This document shows positions 40,336-59,016 of a DNA stretch of 64,000 nt, one piece after another. The stretch is from NCBI RefSeq assembly GCF_009914755.1, contig NC_060929.1; one strand, given 5' to 3'. The position numbers and the translations under genes were made by a program. Under the pieces are notes generated by a model. It was not told the origin of the DNA, did no database searches, and saw nothing but the letters and a program-made list of their open reading frames with translations. This DNA comes from the human T2T-CHM13v2.0 reference genome, Homo sapiens. The stretch's first letter is position 1; each line of letters begins with the position of its first letter.

Positions 40336-43300
40336 TGAGTTGTAGTAGGGGTAATAAGGTGGTTGAAAAATGTTTTCATTAACAATAGTCTTTCTGGTTT
40401 ATGGCTTTAGACTGGGAAAGAATAAGTGTCCCCGCAAAACTGCAGCACAAAAGAATTTCAGATCCACCCACTCAGAAGTCTGAAGCCAGTGTGGCTCGCC
40501 CTCACTGATCTCAGGGTCTGCATTTGCAATGTAAGGTGCATTTTGTTTGTTGTAATGCTGCTACTTTGGTCTTTCTTTTTTCTATATTCATTGCTCTGAA
40601 CAGAAGTAATTAAACAAAAACAAAACAAAAAATGCTAGCTTGGAGAATGCAAGACAGGTTGTGTTGTAAAAAATGCAGTCTAGAAAGCCATATCCAAAGC
40701 ATTTCTAGTTTACAAAAACAAAACGTATGAATAGAGGGCATGGCCTACACCAAAGACACATTCAGTGCTTACAAATTTGGTCAGTGGCACGGAGTGTGTA
40801 CACTGTCCTGGGCACAGGACTAGGCATTGTATACTGTTTACATGTTTTAATTCTAGAGGAAGGTTCTAGTGTCCTCTTAACAAAGAATGAAAATGAGATT
40901 CAGAGAGGTCAAAATGAGGAGGACCAAGGTCACACAAGGGCTGAGTAGGTATCCTAAACTGCCTCTTCTTGGCTCCAGATACCAACTCCCTTTCTCTGTG
41001 CCAAGCTACCTGAAAATTTTCTGAAAATGCTCTATGAGAGTTGTCTTTAAACAGCTGAATTTTCCATTTGAAAGATGGAAAACAGCAAAGGGAGGACATA
41101 TGGTATATTTCTCATGGCAAAGGTAACATTACACTTTTTGAAAAATAGAAAAAGAAATAAACTTTAAATTATAATTACTAGGGTTTCTTACACTAATGGG
41201 AAACATCAAGTTCAGCATTTCTCACAAATGTAAATGTGTGTATGAAATTAAATAAACAAAATGTGACATTTTTGTAAGTCAAAGTTATCAAACATTGGCA
41301 GCTATCTACAATTCAATCAAAAATATATTTGAGAATCACTTTTATTCTTATTTGCAGACATTTAAAAATATTTCCAAAGTAAATTATATAGTGGGTTAAT
41401 GTCTTCATTATTTGCTGTGTGACATAGTTGAAAATGTGATTATATCCCTTTAGCATAAAGAAAATAGGATACTACTTTTCATAAAGTTCAATTAAAACTT
41501 TATCTTTTTATCCAAAGAGATTTTTGATATATATGTCAGCTGTAAGATTGAAGGGAAATTAGCACAAATGAAATATTTAAGAAAGGAAGAGAATCAGGAA
41601 TGTTCAGTGAGAACTGGCTAGCAGTTATAGGACATAATATAATGTTTATGAGTATATGTTGATAAAATTGTAATATTAATTAAGATATTCTCTTCTCCCC
41701 AAGTTGTGTTAATATCTTAAAATATACTTTATTATAAATGGAAAAAATGAAGGAAGTTATCAATATTATTCCACAAACTTAAAAAGTAGAACCTAATAGG
41801 AGATTGTTGAAATTTTTTACCTAAATGAATAAACAATTATTGTGCTTAGAAGTTTATCAAGAAAAACATCATAAGCTAAAAATATACCTTCATGTGATTC
41901 TGCAATAAAGAAAATGAGATGAAACACATAAGTCATTTATAGTATACATTTATTATATTATTATAAAAATTATTATCATAGTATACATTATTATAGTAGC
42001 AGTAGAAGTATCATTATTACTACTATCTTCTAGGCAGTGGGGCAGGAGCAGTAATGATCTCCGACTTTGTGTGTGTTTTAAATTAAAAGATAGTGTAGGA
42101 TAGTTACCTAAATTTATTGTGTCTCTTATATTTGTGAAAATCTCAAGACAGGAACAGGTTCTGTGGCACATTATCCCATTAATGGATCATTTCTTTTGGC
42201 AGCAGAATATGCTCAATTATCCTCAAACTTGATCTCCTATTACTGCTAGATAGAACATTGTGTGTTTAGAGCTTGATAAGAAATTAGACATGTAAGCAAT
42301 CTATTTGCATTATCTCTTCTTCTTAATCTAATGTGTAATTTAACTCTCCTGCAGTCTCTCTCTTAAAATCCTATTGACTTTCTTAAAGGGCTGGCGATGG
42401 AAAGAGAAAAGTCCGTGTAACCAACAATTAAATCAAATGGTGGAGATCTGTATTCATCTAGTGCCTCTGAACCCTTTCAGCCCATAAAAGTCACTTTAGC
42501 AAGGGCCTGAGTTACTTTTCTTTACAAAGATTCTCAAGTATTGATTTCAAATGTAATAAGACAGAATCCAGGTGAATTCAGTCACAGCCTTAGTATATCC
42601 AGATACTTCATTTCACAGATGATAATACTTAGGAATGTAACTACAGATTTTTGAAGAGAACAGATACAAATCATCAGATCTTTTAATTTTAATTTTTTTT
42701 AAACATTGGAGTGTATGACTGAGTTTTAGCATAAATCGGTGTTATCTTACTTCACTTATTACTTACATTAAGTGGATAAAATTAAATCTTGGGAATGAAA
42801 ATGTATTCCTCATATTTATATTCACCATAATGAGAAACACAATTTGTTCATCTGAGCAGCATTTTGTTCTTAATCTGTACAGATAGATTACTATGTGGCC
42901 CCTCATGTTGTTTGGGAGCCTCTACTCAGGTACCTTCAGGACCTTCATTGACAAAATTACCAAAGAACATCCCACAAGAGGCATTTATAAAAATGCATAG
43001 TGACAAGTTAACTCAGAGCTAGCAACTTAACGATGCTATTAGTGGGCTTTAAAATATTAGAGAAACATTTATACAATTCAGGATAGAGTAATATAAGTCT
43101 GGTGTTTGTATGAGAATCATTCAAAGGTCTTATTTAAAATTGAAATTGATATGATGATATTAATATGAGATCTCCATTCATCTTTAACTGACAGTCATGA
43201 TAATATCTAATCAACAGAGACAATTTAATTGGGTGTGGGACACACAGTTTTAAACATAGGCATATAATTTAAATCACAATTGGGTAGAATAATGCAATAA

Positions 43301-45049
43301 TATTCCAAATCTCTCAGGATTAATTCAGCTAGTATATGCTATAAATCTAAGAAGAAAAATATAAGTAATTCACAAATTTCAATTCCACAAAATGCAGAGA
43401 ATATTTCTTAAATTTTATATAAAAGAATAAAATAATCATCAAGTAAATGAAGAATTTTAATAAAAGGCAAATAAGATATTGTGCAAAGGATATAATCCAT
43501 CTTCCCAATGGTATGTATTTTAAACCTTTATTATAGTATATAATCATTTGGACATTCAAAAGCTATGTAATGAGTATCTGTACTCTAAGCATTATAAATA
43601 TAGAGATGTATATGTATATTGAAGGAAGCCACAGGTCCTAAGAGTGATAAACAAGCCAGACATTATGATATTTCATGATAAGTCGCTCAGCTATTTTATA
43701 TATGGGTGCTATCAGGCCACAAAAGTTGGTCATCAAACTCAATTTGAGAAAGAAATAATTCTAGAAGTATATGCTAAAAATGAGGCAGGTCAGATGATTA
43801 AGAATACAGTCTCGAGTAAAAGGGAAATATTCTTTTAACAGACAGCAGCATATATAATACAACTATTCAAATTCTATGTCTTCTTTTAGTAGAAAATGGA
43901 GGTCCAGAGTTTTGTAATTTTCATTTTATTCCTCTGATATAGTAAGATCCTTATGCACGGTTAATGTGACATACAGATTATTAAATGAATTAAATATTAC
44001 ATCAATTGATGTAATTTATTTGCCACAGAATGTACACATTTGCCAAAACCGAAGATACATACTGAATAAGACACAGGTTGAAAGCAGGTAAATTAAGAAA
44101 TAAAGCCTGATATATGGAAGATAGAAAAGCAGAAATAAAGAAATGAAGAATAATACTGTGCTAAATAAAACTGAGTTTTTAGAAGAGATGTCACTTTTCA
44201 GAAAAAAAATGGTTTGGAGAAACACTGAAAACTGTTTGAGTTGAAATAAGATAGAGAGAAAGAGAAATAAAATTGCAATATGATAATAAACTAGAGAGAA
44301 TATAAATGTATTTCTGCTATTGGTGACAGTACTACAATAGCATCAGACCAATGTTGAGCAATTTAAATGGATATGGAAAAAGACGGGGAGTCTCAGTTAC
44401 AAGATAGATCATTGTCATTAACATTAGAAAATTGACTGGAAAGCTGAAGTTTAGAATGAGCTACTCTCCTGGAAAGCCACAACATGAGAAATTAATCTGC
44501 CCAGAGTTTGAGATAAATGCTGTAACAAAAGGAAATGACAGAGAAAACATAATTAATTCCTCAGCTCCCATTTAATTTCTGACTATTCTGTCTAGAAGGA
44601 AACTCATAAAGCTGTAAAGGAGAGAACAAATGGTATTTGGCAAGACTTGAGTCCTAAGAAGAATACAGAGCCCTTAGAAAAAGACACATGGATTTAAATA
44701 CTCTGACTTGGGCAAATTACATTCCTACAGGATTATTACAATGTAGAGATGAGATACCTGAATTGATGCCAGTGATCTAAGGAGTGAGTAAAGAATGAGA
44801 GGTCTAAATGGAGAAAAATAATCCCGATTAAAACAAAAAGGTGTATTTGTAATACAAATTTTGATATTTCCATTATAAAGCAGAATTCCACAATGGACAA
44901 TTTTAAATACTCTTCTCTTTATGGAGATTTGCAAATATGAAGAGAAGCCAGCTGGACTTTATTCTGAGGTGGTCATGGAAACAATTTTTTTAACTCTTTT
45001 ACCCACTCACCTCTCTGCTCAGCAATATTTATTTGTGCTAACAAGGGTA

Positions 45050-45420
45050 AAGAATTTAAAACTTCTCAAAATACAAAATTGTAATTCATGTGAAATTCCA
45101 CATTTGGGCTCAATAACCAATTGTAAGTATGAACAATTTTCTAGTCTTGGAGGTGAGAGTGGATATACTAAAAAGAAGAGAATTTTTGCAATGCATATTT
45201 TTTCAAAAGAGGGCCACTATAATATTGAGAAAATTTAAAACTTTGTTTATATTAGAAATAATTGTTTGAGATTTAGCCCGAAGAAGAAATCTTCAGAGAA
45301 AACATGACAACTCTTCAAAAAAGTAGAGGGCTATCATGTGGAAAAGCGAGGAAATGCAAGATCTAGGAACCAACACGAAAAAAGGACATTTGGTTTATTT
45401 TGAATTGAAAAAAATACATA
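45050..45420 (+). mobile_element. L3/CR1 LINE remnant
   Basis: CEIPHLGS resembles CR1 ORF2 CKVLHLG; tttagcccgaagaaga...acatgacaactcttcaa...agggctatcatgtgga resembles the CR1 3' region. Confidence 0.45.
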
Positions 45421-48400
45421 ACCCTTAATTAAGCAATTCATGCATAAGCGAGATTACTTACTAATGATTTTTTTGGTGGTATCAATGCATAGCATACTGG
45501 TCAAGTTTAAATGACCTCTCGTTATTTTTTATTCTAAAATAATATTTTTCATATTATGTTACAATTTTATAGTTCTTTATTGCTCTCATGTTTAAAAAGG
45601 TATTTAGAGAAATAGTGACAATAAGTGGAATGATTTAAAAGGTTTTTATTGTAGATTATTGATTCAGAATTATATAATATAGGAAATATATAACCAAGGG
45701 AGCAAACGATTATCTATGGTTTTCAAAATGGATTATTTTGAGGACAAAGACTGGTTGTTCATATTTTATACGTGACAACGGGTTTAAACAATATAAAGGG
45801 TATTCTCCTAGAATAAACAGACTAATAGACTCCTATCACTTTTTAATTGTTCCATACGCTTCAGAGATAAATTGTGGCACTTTCATAACAGATGAATTTT
45901 TATGATAGTAAACTAGGTCTTTTGGATGTCTTAGGAATTCTCACCATCTATGTTTCAGATAGTATGTATTATCTGCATAGTTTCTTTGTCAGAGAAACTC
46001 CTTAAAAATCCAGAATTGCTGTGGTCTTTGAAAATTTATCTTGTGTGATATTTTCCTTTTCATTTCCTACTGCCACTGGAATATCTTCTCCATTGATAAG
46101 TAGTATTTTGCACAATTTAATTTTATGATGGTTACTGGTGCTTTGTTGATTCTTTTCTGTTAAATAAACAAAGTCACTAACTTCTATTTTTTGACATTAA
46201 TTATATATGCTGAATTATCTCAATAAATAAAATTTCCATATAGTAATTTTAAGTATTTTCTAACATATTGTCTGTGCTGCTTTTGAGTGCTAGTATTAAA
46301 TATTATAAATAATATTCTCAAGAATATAAAAATATTATAATATCACAAAATATAAAAATAAATTTAAAACATTTCTGTGCCTTAGTAACACTCTCCTGGC
46401 TGAATCAAGCAGAGATAATTTAGAAGTGTGTTTCTTTTGAATATTGCAAAATAGATCTTTGAATTTCTCATTCTATTAGATTCAATGTATACTATAACAT
46501 TTTTCCTGGTTAAGACAAGACAGTCAATTAAGTTTTTCTTTTCTGCTATTTACTTGCTCTTCCTGCATTTGTCTGTCTTTCTTTTTATCTGTTAGGATTA
46601 TGTTTATTTGCACAAAACAGAAAAACATATCTTAACTCAATTGGATTTATTGGCTTACCAAATTAATTAGTCATCCAGTGTTGGTATGATAGCTTCATGA
46701 TACAGGCTTTTATCTTCCTACTCAAATATCCTTAACTAGAAGGAGCAAAAAGAAAAGCCAGCTTTTTTTTCCCTCCTTCAAAATGATGTCTTGAGCTTTA
46801 ACCAATAATTTCTGCTAACATTACATTGTCAATAATGCATGATGGGCCATCTCCAGCTGCAAGAATTGTTAAGAGATCAGGAAACTTATCTAGACACAAT
46901 GTCAGTCCAAAAAAAATGGATATTATTAGTAAGAAGAAAGAAATAAGTGAATATTGTATTTGCAGATAAGTACCTGTCATAGAATTAAGAAACTCAAATT
47001 TCAAAGAAAGCAAGAGTATATAAAGCTAGTATTTTGAGAGACAGGCCAGAAGAAAATCTTTCCTTAGAAACTTTTCTTGTATTCAATATTTATGGTGACT
47101 ATAGTAACTGCTCTTTAATTCAAAATATTTTGTTCCAGAAGATATAAAGGCATTCAGTGATATTAATTCAGCTCTTACATGAATAAAAAATTGTTGGGGA
47201 AACTCCTTAAATAATGTTCATTGTTCCAGGTCCAGTTCAGGTAAGGTAAATTGAAGATACTGTAAAATTAAGGACTGTAAAATTTTTTCAAAAGGGTCAA
47301 TGTTTTATGGAATTTGTTTGACAGAAACCATTCTTTTTTTAACAGATACATGTAGACATTGTTTTATAAACTTTTTAAAAGAACCTTCATGATGGTAACT
47401 CCACAAAATAGATTTTATGTTCGGTGTTCACTGATGCATCAAATTCCATAGTCCCTCACATCCCCATGACTTAGTCATAATTAAAATTGAAGACTTTTCT
47501 GAAAACCTATATTATCATAATATTGAAATTAATGACACCATAGAGAAAATTATAGTAGAAGGCTACCCAATGGTTCAAGGGTTGTGAACCTGTTTGACAG
47601 AATAAGTCAACATTTATATTGGAAGGTATATAACACTAAATGATATCAAATGGAGATATGAACTCTCTGACTTTTCTCTCTTTAAATATTTTACTATTGT
47701 TCACCCTTCATCTCACAAATTGACATCCCTGTAATCACAGTTCATTATTCATTCATTTAATAATTAATACTTTGGAAGCATCAGAAAAAAATTCACAATA
47801 TCTTGTGATTGAATTTGATCACAAGGATTAAAAAAGAGACTGTCACTTTGATTACTGAAGATTTTGTTCAGTTATTGCCACTTGCATGCAAGTAAGCAAA
47901 AATAAAATAGTCAACAAATATTATCATTCAAAGATATTCTTAAAGATGCATATTCATTTACAAATATAAGGTAAAATTAAAATATATTGAATTTCAAAAA
48001 ATAATAATAATAAATGTCATAATTATTTAATATTTTTCTCAATATACAAACTAAGTGACATATAGGCCAAATGATGCTTAGATATTAGATTATTTTTATT
48101 CAGCAGTAATCAATTATTTTCAAATAATACTCTACATAGAAAAGTAATGCTACAGTGAGCCAAAAATATGTTACACGAGTTAAGGTCTATTTGCACACAT
48201 CCTTTCAGAGACTTGAGAAAAAGGAAGCTCACCACAGACAAGAAGAAGCTATACCTATAGAAAAAAATTTCAGAGAAAATAAGAAACCAACATTTCTGAG
48301 TAAAGTATGTGTTTTAATAGTAAATATAATACCTTACTATTGATTCCATCAGCTGTTAATTTGACGATGTTTACAAATATAATGCTTGTGAAAATAAAGA

Positions 48401-48957
48401 TGGTACAGATATTTTCCACTGAGAAGAAATCTTATTGCCATCTGCATTATGCACTTTCATAATGCATCGTCTTAGATATTTCTGAGAGTGACATAATATT
48501 TAATAGGAGTTATTCATTTTTAAGCCCCTATATTGTCCTGTAATGGAGAAGAATTTCATCTAAAGCAAAACAAAACAATCCAAAAGTCCACACAGATCAT
48601 TTTTCTAGTTCTTATTTATTTATGAAGTTAATTCCCTAAAACATTAAATGTGAAGTGCAGTTTTTAGTAAGCTTGCTTATTAGTTAAAAATGGACGATAA
48701 ACATTTACATTCATAAAGATATCTTTTTTTTCTTTTTTTTCATTTTATTATTATTTTACTTTAAGTTTTAGGGTACATGTGCACAACATGCAGGTTTGTT
48801 ACATATGTATACATGTGCCATGTTGGTGTGCTGCACCCATTAACTCGTCATTTAGCATTAGGTATATCTCCTAATGCTATCCCTCCCCCCTCCCCCCACC
48901 CCACAACAGGCCCCGGTGTGTGATGTTCCCCTTCCTGTGTCCATGTGTTCTCATTGT

Positions 48958-52786
<3,829 letters not shown>

Positions 52787-52849
52787 TATGATGTTAGCTG
52801 GTTATTCTGTTCCTTAGTTGATGCAGTTTCTTCCTAGCCTTGACAGTCT

Positions 52850-53864
52850 TTACAATTTGGCATGTTTTTGCAGTGGCTGGTACCGGTTGTTCCTTTCCAT
52901 GTTTAGTGCTTCCTTCAGGAGCTCTTTTAGGGCAGGCCTGGTGGTGACAAAATCTCTCAGCCTTTGCTTGTCTGTAAAGTATTTTATTTCTCCTTCACTT
53001 ATGAAGCTTAGTTTGGCTGGATATGAAATTCTGGGTTGAAAATTCTTTTCTTTAAGAATGTTGTATATTGGTCCCCACTCTCTTCTGGCTTGTAGAGTTT
53101 CTGCCAAGAGATCAGCTGTTAGTCTGATGGGCTTCCCTTTGTGAGTAACCCGACCTTTCTCTCTGGCTGCCCTGAACATTTTTTCCTTCATTTCAAGTTT
53201 GGTGAATGTGACAATTATGTGTCTTGGAGTTGCTCTTCTCGAGGAGTATCTTTGTGGCGTTCTCTGTATTTCCTGAATCTGAACGTTGGCCTGCCTTGCT
53301 AGATTGGGGAAGTTCTCCTGGATAATATTCTGCACAGTGTTTTCCAACTTGGTTCCATTCTCCCCGTCACTTTCAGGTACACCAATCAGACATAGATTTG
53401 GTCTTTTCACATAGTCCTGTATTTCTTGGAGGCTTTGTTCGTTTCTTTTTATTCTTTTTTCTCTAAACTTCTCTTCTTGCTTCATTTGATTCAATTTATC
53501 TTCCATCACTGATACCCTTTCTTCCAGTTGATCGCATTGGCTACTGAGTCTTCTGGATTCATCACGTAGCTCTCGTGCCTTGGTTTTCAGCTCCATCAGT
53601 TCCTTTAAGGACTTCTCTGCATTGATTATTCTAGTTATCCATTTGTCTAATTTTTTTTCAAAGCTTTTAACTTCTTTGCCATTGGTTCGAATTTCCTCCT
53701 GTAGCTCAGAGTAGTTTGATCGTCTGAAGCCTTCTTCTCTCAACTCGTCAAAGTCATTCTCCATCCAGCTTTGTTCCACTGCTGGTGACGAACTGCATTC
53801 CTTTGGAGGAGGAGCGGCACTCTGATTTTTAGTTTCCAGTTTTTCTGCTCTGTTTTTTTCCCAT
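52850..53864 (-). pseudogene. L1 ORF1p, frameshifted at codon 12
   Basis: ATG at 53864 reads MGKKQSRKTGN*; the remaining 309 codons are open (RPNLCLIG, REKG, YPAKLS). Confidence 0.92.
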
Positions 53865-54446
53865 CTTTGTGGTTTTATCTACCTTTTGTCTTTCATGATG
53901 GTGATGTACAGATGGGTTTTGGTGCGGATGTCCTTTCTGTTTGTTAGTTTTCCTTCTAACAGACAGGACCCTCAGCTGCAGGTCTGTTGGAGTTTGCTAG
54001 ATGTCCACTCCAGACCCTGTTTGCCTGGGTTTCAGCAGCAGTGGCTGCAGAACAGCGGATATTGGTGAACCGCAAGTGCTGCTGCCTGATGGTTCCTCTG
54101 GAAGTTTTGTCTCAGAGGAGTACCTGGCCGTGTGAGGTGTCAGTCCGCCCCTACTGGCGGATGCCTCCCAGTTAGGCTACTCGGGGGTCAGGGACGCACT
54201 TGAGGAGGCAGTCTGCCCGTTCTCAGATCTCCAGCTGCGTGCTGAGAGAACCACTACTCTTTTCAAAGCTGTCAGAGAGGGATATTTAAGTCTGCAAGAG
54301 GTTACTGTTGTCTTTTTGTTTGTCTGTGCCCTGCCCTCAGAGGTGGAGCCTACGGAGGCAGGCAGGCCTCCTTGAGCTGTGGTGGGCTCCACCCAGTTTG
54401 AGCTTCCCTGCCGCTTCGTTTACCTAATCAAACAACTAACTGGGCA

Positions 54447-54701
54447 ATGGCGGGTGCCCCTCCCCCAGCCTCACTGCTGCCTTGCAGTTTGATCTCAGAC
54501 TGCTGTGCTAGCAATGAGGGAGACTCCGTGGGCATAGGACCCTCTGAGCCAGGTGCGGGTTATAATCTCCTGGTGTGCTGTTTTTTAAGCCCATTGGAAA
54601 AGTGCAGTATTAGGGTGGGAGTGACCCGATTTTCCAGGTGCTGTCTGTCACCCCTTTCTTTGACTAGGAAAGGGAATTCCCTGACCCCTTGCACTTCCTA
54701 G
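54447..54701 (+). CDS. L1 ORF0 (antisense 5'UTR ORF), 84 aa, open
   Basis: gcaATGG start; MAGAPPPASLLPCSLISDCCASN...RVGVTRFSRC matches recalled ORF0. Confidence 0.8.
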   Translation: MAGAPPPASLLPCSLISDCCASNEGDSVGIGPSEPGAGYNLLVCCFLSPLEKCSIRVGVTRFSRCCLSPLSLTRKGNSLTPCTS

Positions 54702-56514
54702 GTGAGGCGATGCCTCACCCTGCTTTGGCTCGTGCACAGTGCGCTGCACCCACTGTTCTGCACCTGCTGTCTGGCACTCCCCAGTGAGATGACCCGGGTA
54801 CCTCAGTTGGAAATGCAGAAATCACCCGTCTTCTGCGTTGCTCATGCTGGGAGTTGTAGACAGGAGCTGTTCTTGTTTGGCCCTCTTGGCTCCTGCCTCA
54901 AGATTTCTTTTAATACTATCCTTTATCCATTTTATCTTTACCTGAAACATCAGTTACCTTGGACATGTCTAACATTTCTTACAGATGTTCTAGAAAATCT
55001 AAATAAAATTGCTTGTCTCTGCCTCTGGCTTTGTTCATCTAACCTCATATCTATCTTCTTCAACTTGGGAAACAGGATTTTCCATTTTATGTACAAAAGA
55101 AAATGGAGAGACAATTCAAAATAAAAAGCATGTTTTATTTCTTATTTCTATACTGTACCCAAAATAAATGAAACAGATTATCTTGCCTTTCGTGAAGCTG
55201 TCATAAGTACCTATAAATGTATTGAGTTTCTTAATGTCCTTCGAATTTTAGTTGTGACTATTATAACCATATTTTGAAAATATGATTTCAAGTAACTCAA
55301 ATAGAAAGTTTAAAAGTACATCTTAAGAGGGCTGCATCACATCAAGACACTAATTTTTGAATCACACATGCTAGCACTTCTAGTTATAGATATATCCTAT
55401 TCAACAGTGACTTATGTTTCCTAAGGTTTTGTTCTTCATCTGAAGGTGCAAGGCTCATTTATTTTGCAAGACTTTTTGGATTTTTAAAAGGATCAAACAA
55501 GGTAACAAATGTAAAGCATCATAATGCCTGACCTGATAAATAGTAACTGTTACTCCTCTTCTGTCCTGGCAACTAAAACCTAACTGATGTTTGTTATGCA
55601 TTATTTTGAACTAGGAACTAGAAATTAAAGTAAAAGTGTAAATGTTGTGATTTCAACAAATCAACTATATATCATCTTTTGCATTTAATAAAGTGAACAT
55701 TTTGATGTGATTACTCTTGAAATTAGGAAATCTAAGAATCAGGCCATGTCTGGTTAACTATGTTCTTACACTTAATCTGGGCCTCATTGTTAGCCATCTT
55801 AACTTAAGAAGTTATCGCTATTTACACAGCTCTCTAAAAATAATTAATTTAAAAATCAATCTGTTGGAAAATAAAGTACTAAAATTATGAATATGATTGA
55901 AAAAAGACAAAACTCATGTTCAGAAGAAAATAATAAAATTAATCATAATTTCCTTTTGTTTTTACCTTAAAATTCATCTACATCAACGGTTATTTGAGTG
56001 TCAGAGAAATGTATGTTTTTATACCATTATTTGTCCTGTGTATTCTAATGCACATTAAAGAAAATGAAAACAAAACTAATATTTTGAAACATAAAGGATG
56101 GAGACTTTCATATATACTATATAGTTAAGTCCTTAACAGGGCTTGTTATTCAAATGGAATTTTAAAAACTTGAATGTGTGCAAGTGTACATTAAATCCCA
56201 CAAATTATTTGCTATTAGAATGGCTAGGATTCTTAGATGATAGTAGTTTTGACTTATTTGACTTTGTCAATAATGTAATAACTATATCAATTTATAAATT
56301 CTCAATGACTTTTAAAAATGTGTTTATTTTTAAAACTTTCTGATTACTTATTTTGCCATCTGCTGATAGGTGAATAAAGATCAACAGTATGGAGGTCTGT
56401 GTTCATAATCAACTGAACAGAACAAAAAGGCTGATCCCCCATCCAGTAAGAGAGAATTCTCTTACTTAGGTTAGAGAGGTTAAATTATTTCATTTAAAAT
56501 AAAGTATATAGTTT

Positions 56515-56657
56515 TGTTAAATCAAGTTTAGCCTAAAGCTGCCTCCTTCTGGAGTCTCAGGGCCTACTGTGGCTCAGGAGTCTGCCCGATTTGTGAATCT
56601 TCCGTTACTCAATTAAACTCCTTTAAATTTAATTCAGCTAAAGTTTTTCTTTTAACA
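56515..56657 (+). mobile_element. MER57-type ERV1 solo LTR with large internal deletion (143 bp left)
   Basis: tgttaaatcaagtttagcctaaagctgcctcctt ... aagtttttcttttaaca; 4-bp TSD gttt at 56511-56514 and 56658-56661. Confidence 0.8.
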
Positions 56658-58507
56658 GTTTATAAGCCTGTTTCAAACAAAAAGTTTTTCATTGATGAAG
56701 GGTTTACTGTGTGTGAACAAAAGAAAGTGTAGTGTAGTGTAGTGAGGAAAAATAAGTTTTAGAGTCAGAGGATCTAACTGCATGCCCTTAATAAGTGTAA
56801 TATAGCAGGGATAATGTATATCTACTGTGTTATCATCAGTAGGTGTAGCTGTGGCCAAGTATGCCATGTTAACACTCTCATTATCTTTGTGGTGCAATGG
56901 CTATTTAATAGTGCATGTCATAGACTCTTCATGGTCGCATGGCCTTGCCCTCATTACACACCCTGCTAATGTAGTCTACCACTATAACTGGGCCTCAATA
57001 TGTTTTTTGTAAGAAGGAAGCTAACCTTTGTTTGATGTCCATTTACTGGAAACCATCCTATATGCATATATATACATAATGTCTTCTTAAAGTATTTGTA
57101 TAATGCCATGAAATAGTTATTATTAATTCCCATTTTTAACAAATAAAGTAAGGCTAAGAAAATTTTACTTTTTTTACTTCTGTCTCTCTCACTTTCTTTC
57201 TGTCTCTCATACACACCTGAGCATGTGCACACACACATACTGTAGGAAATCTAGTAGAGTTCATCTGATGTTTACATCACTATTTTGAGCTAAATGCTGA
57301 CTCTTCACCAGTTTTATAATATGTGCATTTTTCATTTAGTCATAATCAGAAAAATACGTGTGATTCTTACACATACTCCATGAATGAAAAAATTGAGCAC
57401 TAGAGAGCTTAAGTATCTTATTAAAAAAAAATTACATGGTAGAACAGGGATTTCACCATAGGATCATTTGACACAAACCTTCAGTTCTAACAACTACTCT
57501 ACTGGTACTTCTGATGAGACACAGGTTATAGTTTAAGCGTGGTCAGATATATGTAACTGCAATTCATCCAGATAAAAATAGAGCTCCTGTTCAATCCCAA
57601 ATAAAATGAATTAATATCTCTGATATTAAAGGATATTAATCCTAATGGAATGTAGAATTTTTTATTCATATTGCATTAAAGTATAATAAAAGTATAACTA
57701 TTATAATATCTACATTCTGTTATTATATAGTGATTGAATTAAACTTTTTTGGCAAATTCTAAAAGAATAGAACTTTGATTCTTATTTTCATTTATGTGCT
57801 GAGCAGTAAATTTTAAAAAACACTTTAAAAACTTGTGCTTTTATGTTTGAGTCTTACTATATTCCACGTTTCATTATTTTGTTAATTATTTCAGAATGTA
57901 AATATTATTGTCATTCTGGTCAAAAATAATTTTTAAAATTTCACCATGAATAACATTTTGCATGTTTTTCAATAGATTAATATTCTTTCCACTGTGTACA
58001 TGCATATAAATGATTACTGTTAATGAGAAATATATTGAAATGTGAAAAGAGGAAGAATGCCTTATCTGAGTCTATGAATATATTAAAATTTTAAGAATAT
58101 TTTGGTTATATCTGACAATCAAATGGATAATTTAAGTATAAATATCTATCTACTTTTCTATTTACTTATTCATCAATTTATATAAAAACATACACACATG
58201 CATACATATATATGTGTAGGAATCATAGATGTATATAAGCATATGTCATATATGAACACATATTTATATACAGTATGTGTGTGCTTGCAGATACACAGAT
58301 TCACACACATAGACACACACACACACACACACGCACACAGAAAGAGAAGACACAGATTAATTTAGTCCCAATAATTATTTAACTATCTGGGACAGCAGAT
58401 TTTACAAATACTGCAAAGAAATAATGTTATCCTTGCCTTTTAGGGCATCATAATGAAGATGAGCAGAAAACAAAATTATTACTCTCAAGAAATATTTAAA
58501 ATATGCT

Positions 58508-58927
58508 TGTATTAAGTTGGGATTCTCCAGGGAAACAAACCTAACTGAATGTGCATATGTGTTTGTGTGTATATTTGTGTGTGTATACATATACATGTGT
58601 GTGTTATACACATGTATATCAATTTAAGGCATTGGCTCACATTATTATGGAGGCAAGCAAGTTTCAAGGTCTGCAGTGTGAGTTGGAAACTGAAGATCGA
58701 GAAAACTGTTGTTTTATTTCCACCTGAGTGTGAAGATCTGTAAACCAAGAGAGCTGATCACGTTTTTCTAGTCATAAGGCCCCAGACTTGGGACCCAAGA
58801 AGAGCCAAGGTTTTAGTTAAGTCTAAAGGCAAGAAAAAAGTCAATACCCCCATTTGAAGGCCACCAGGCAGGAAGAATTCTTTTTTACTGGATGGGGGAT
58901 CAGTCTTTTTGTTCTTTTCAGGCCCTA
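58508..58927 (-). mobile_element. MLT2-type (ERVL) LTR
   Basis: tgtatta...gattctccagggaaacaaacc...(TG/TA)n...attggctcacattattatggaggc. Confidence 0.7.
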
Positions 58928-59016
58928 ATCATTATTCGGAAGGCTACTTTAGGTTGAAGGACACTTCAATATCAAGAGAACTATCTAACCAACAAAAATT
59001 GGTTTCCAACATGATC

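Noticed and set aside
47221-47246. Micro-exon-like ttgttccag|gtccagttcag|gtaagg
   Set aside because: 11 nt, weak pyrimidine tract, no supporting neighbours; expected by chance
39600-48700. Short ORFs in the AT-rich region
   Set aside because: Low-complexity I/L/F/K-rich translations with no recognisable homology apart from an L3 remnant
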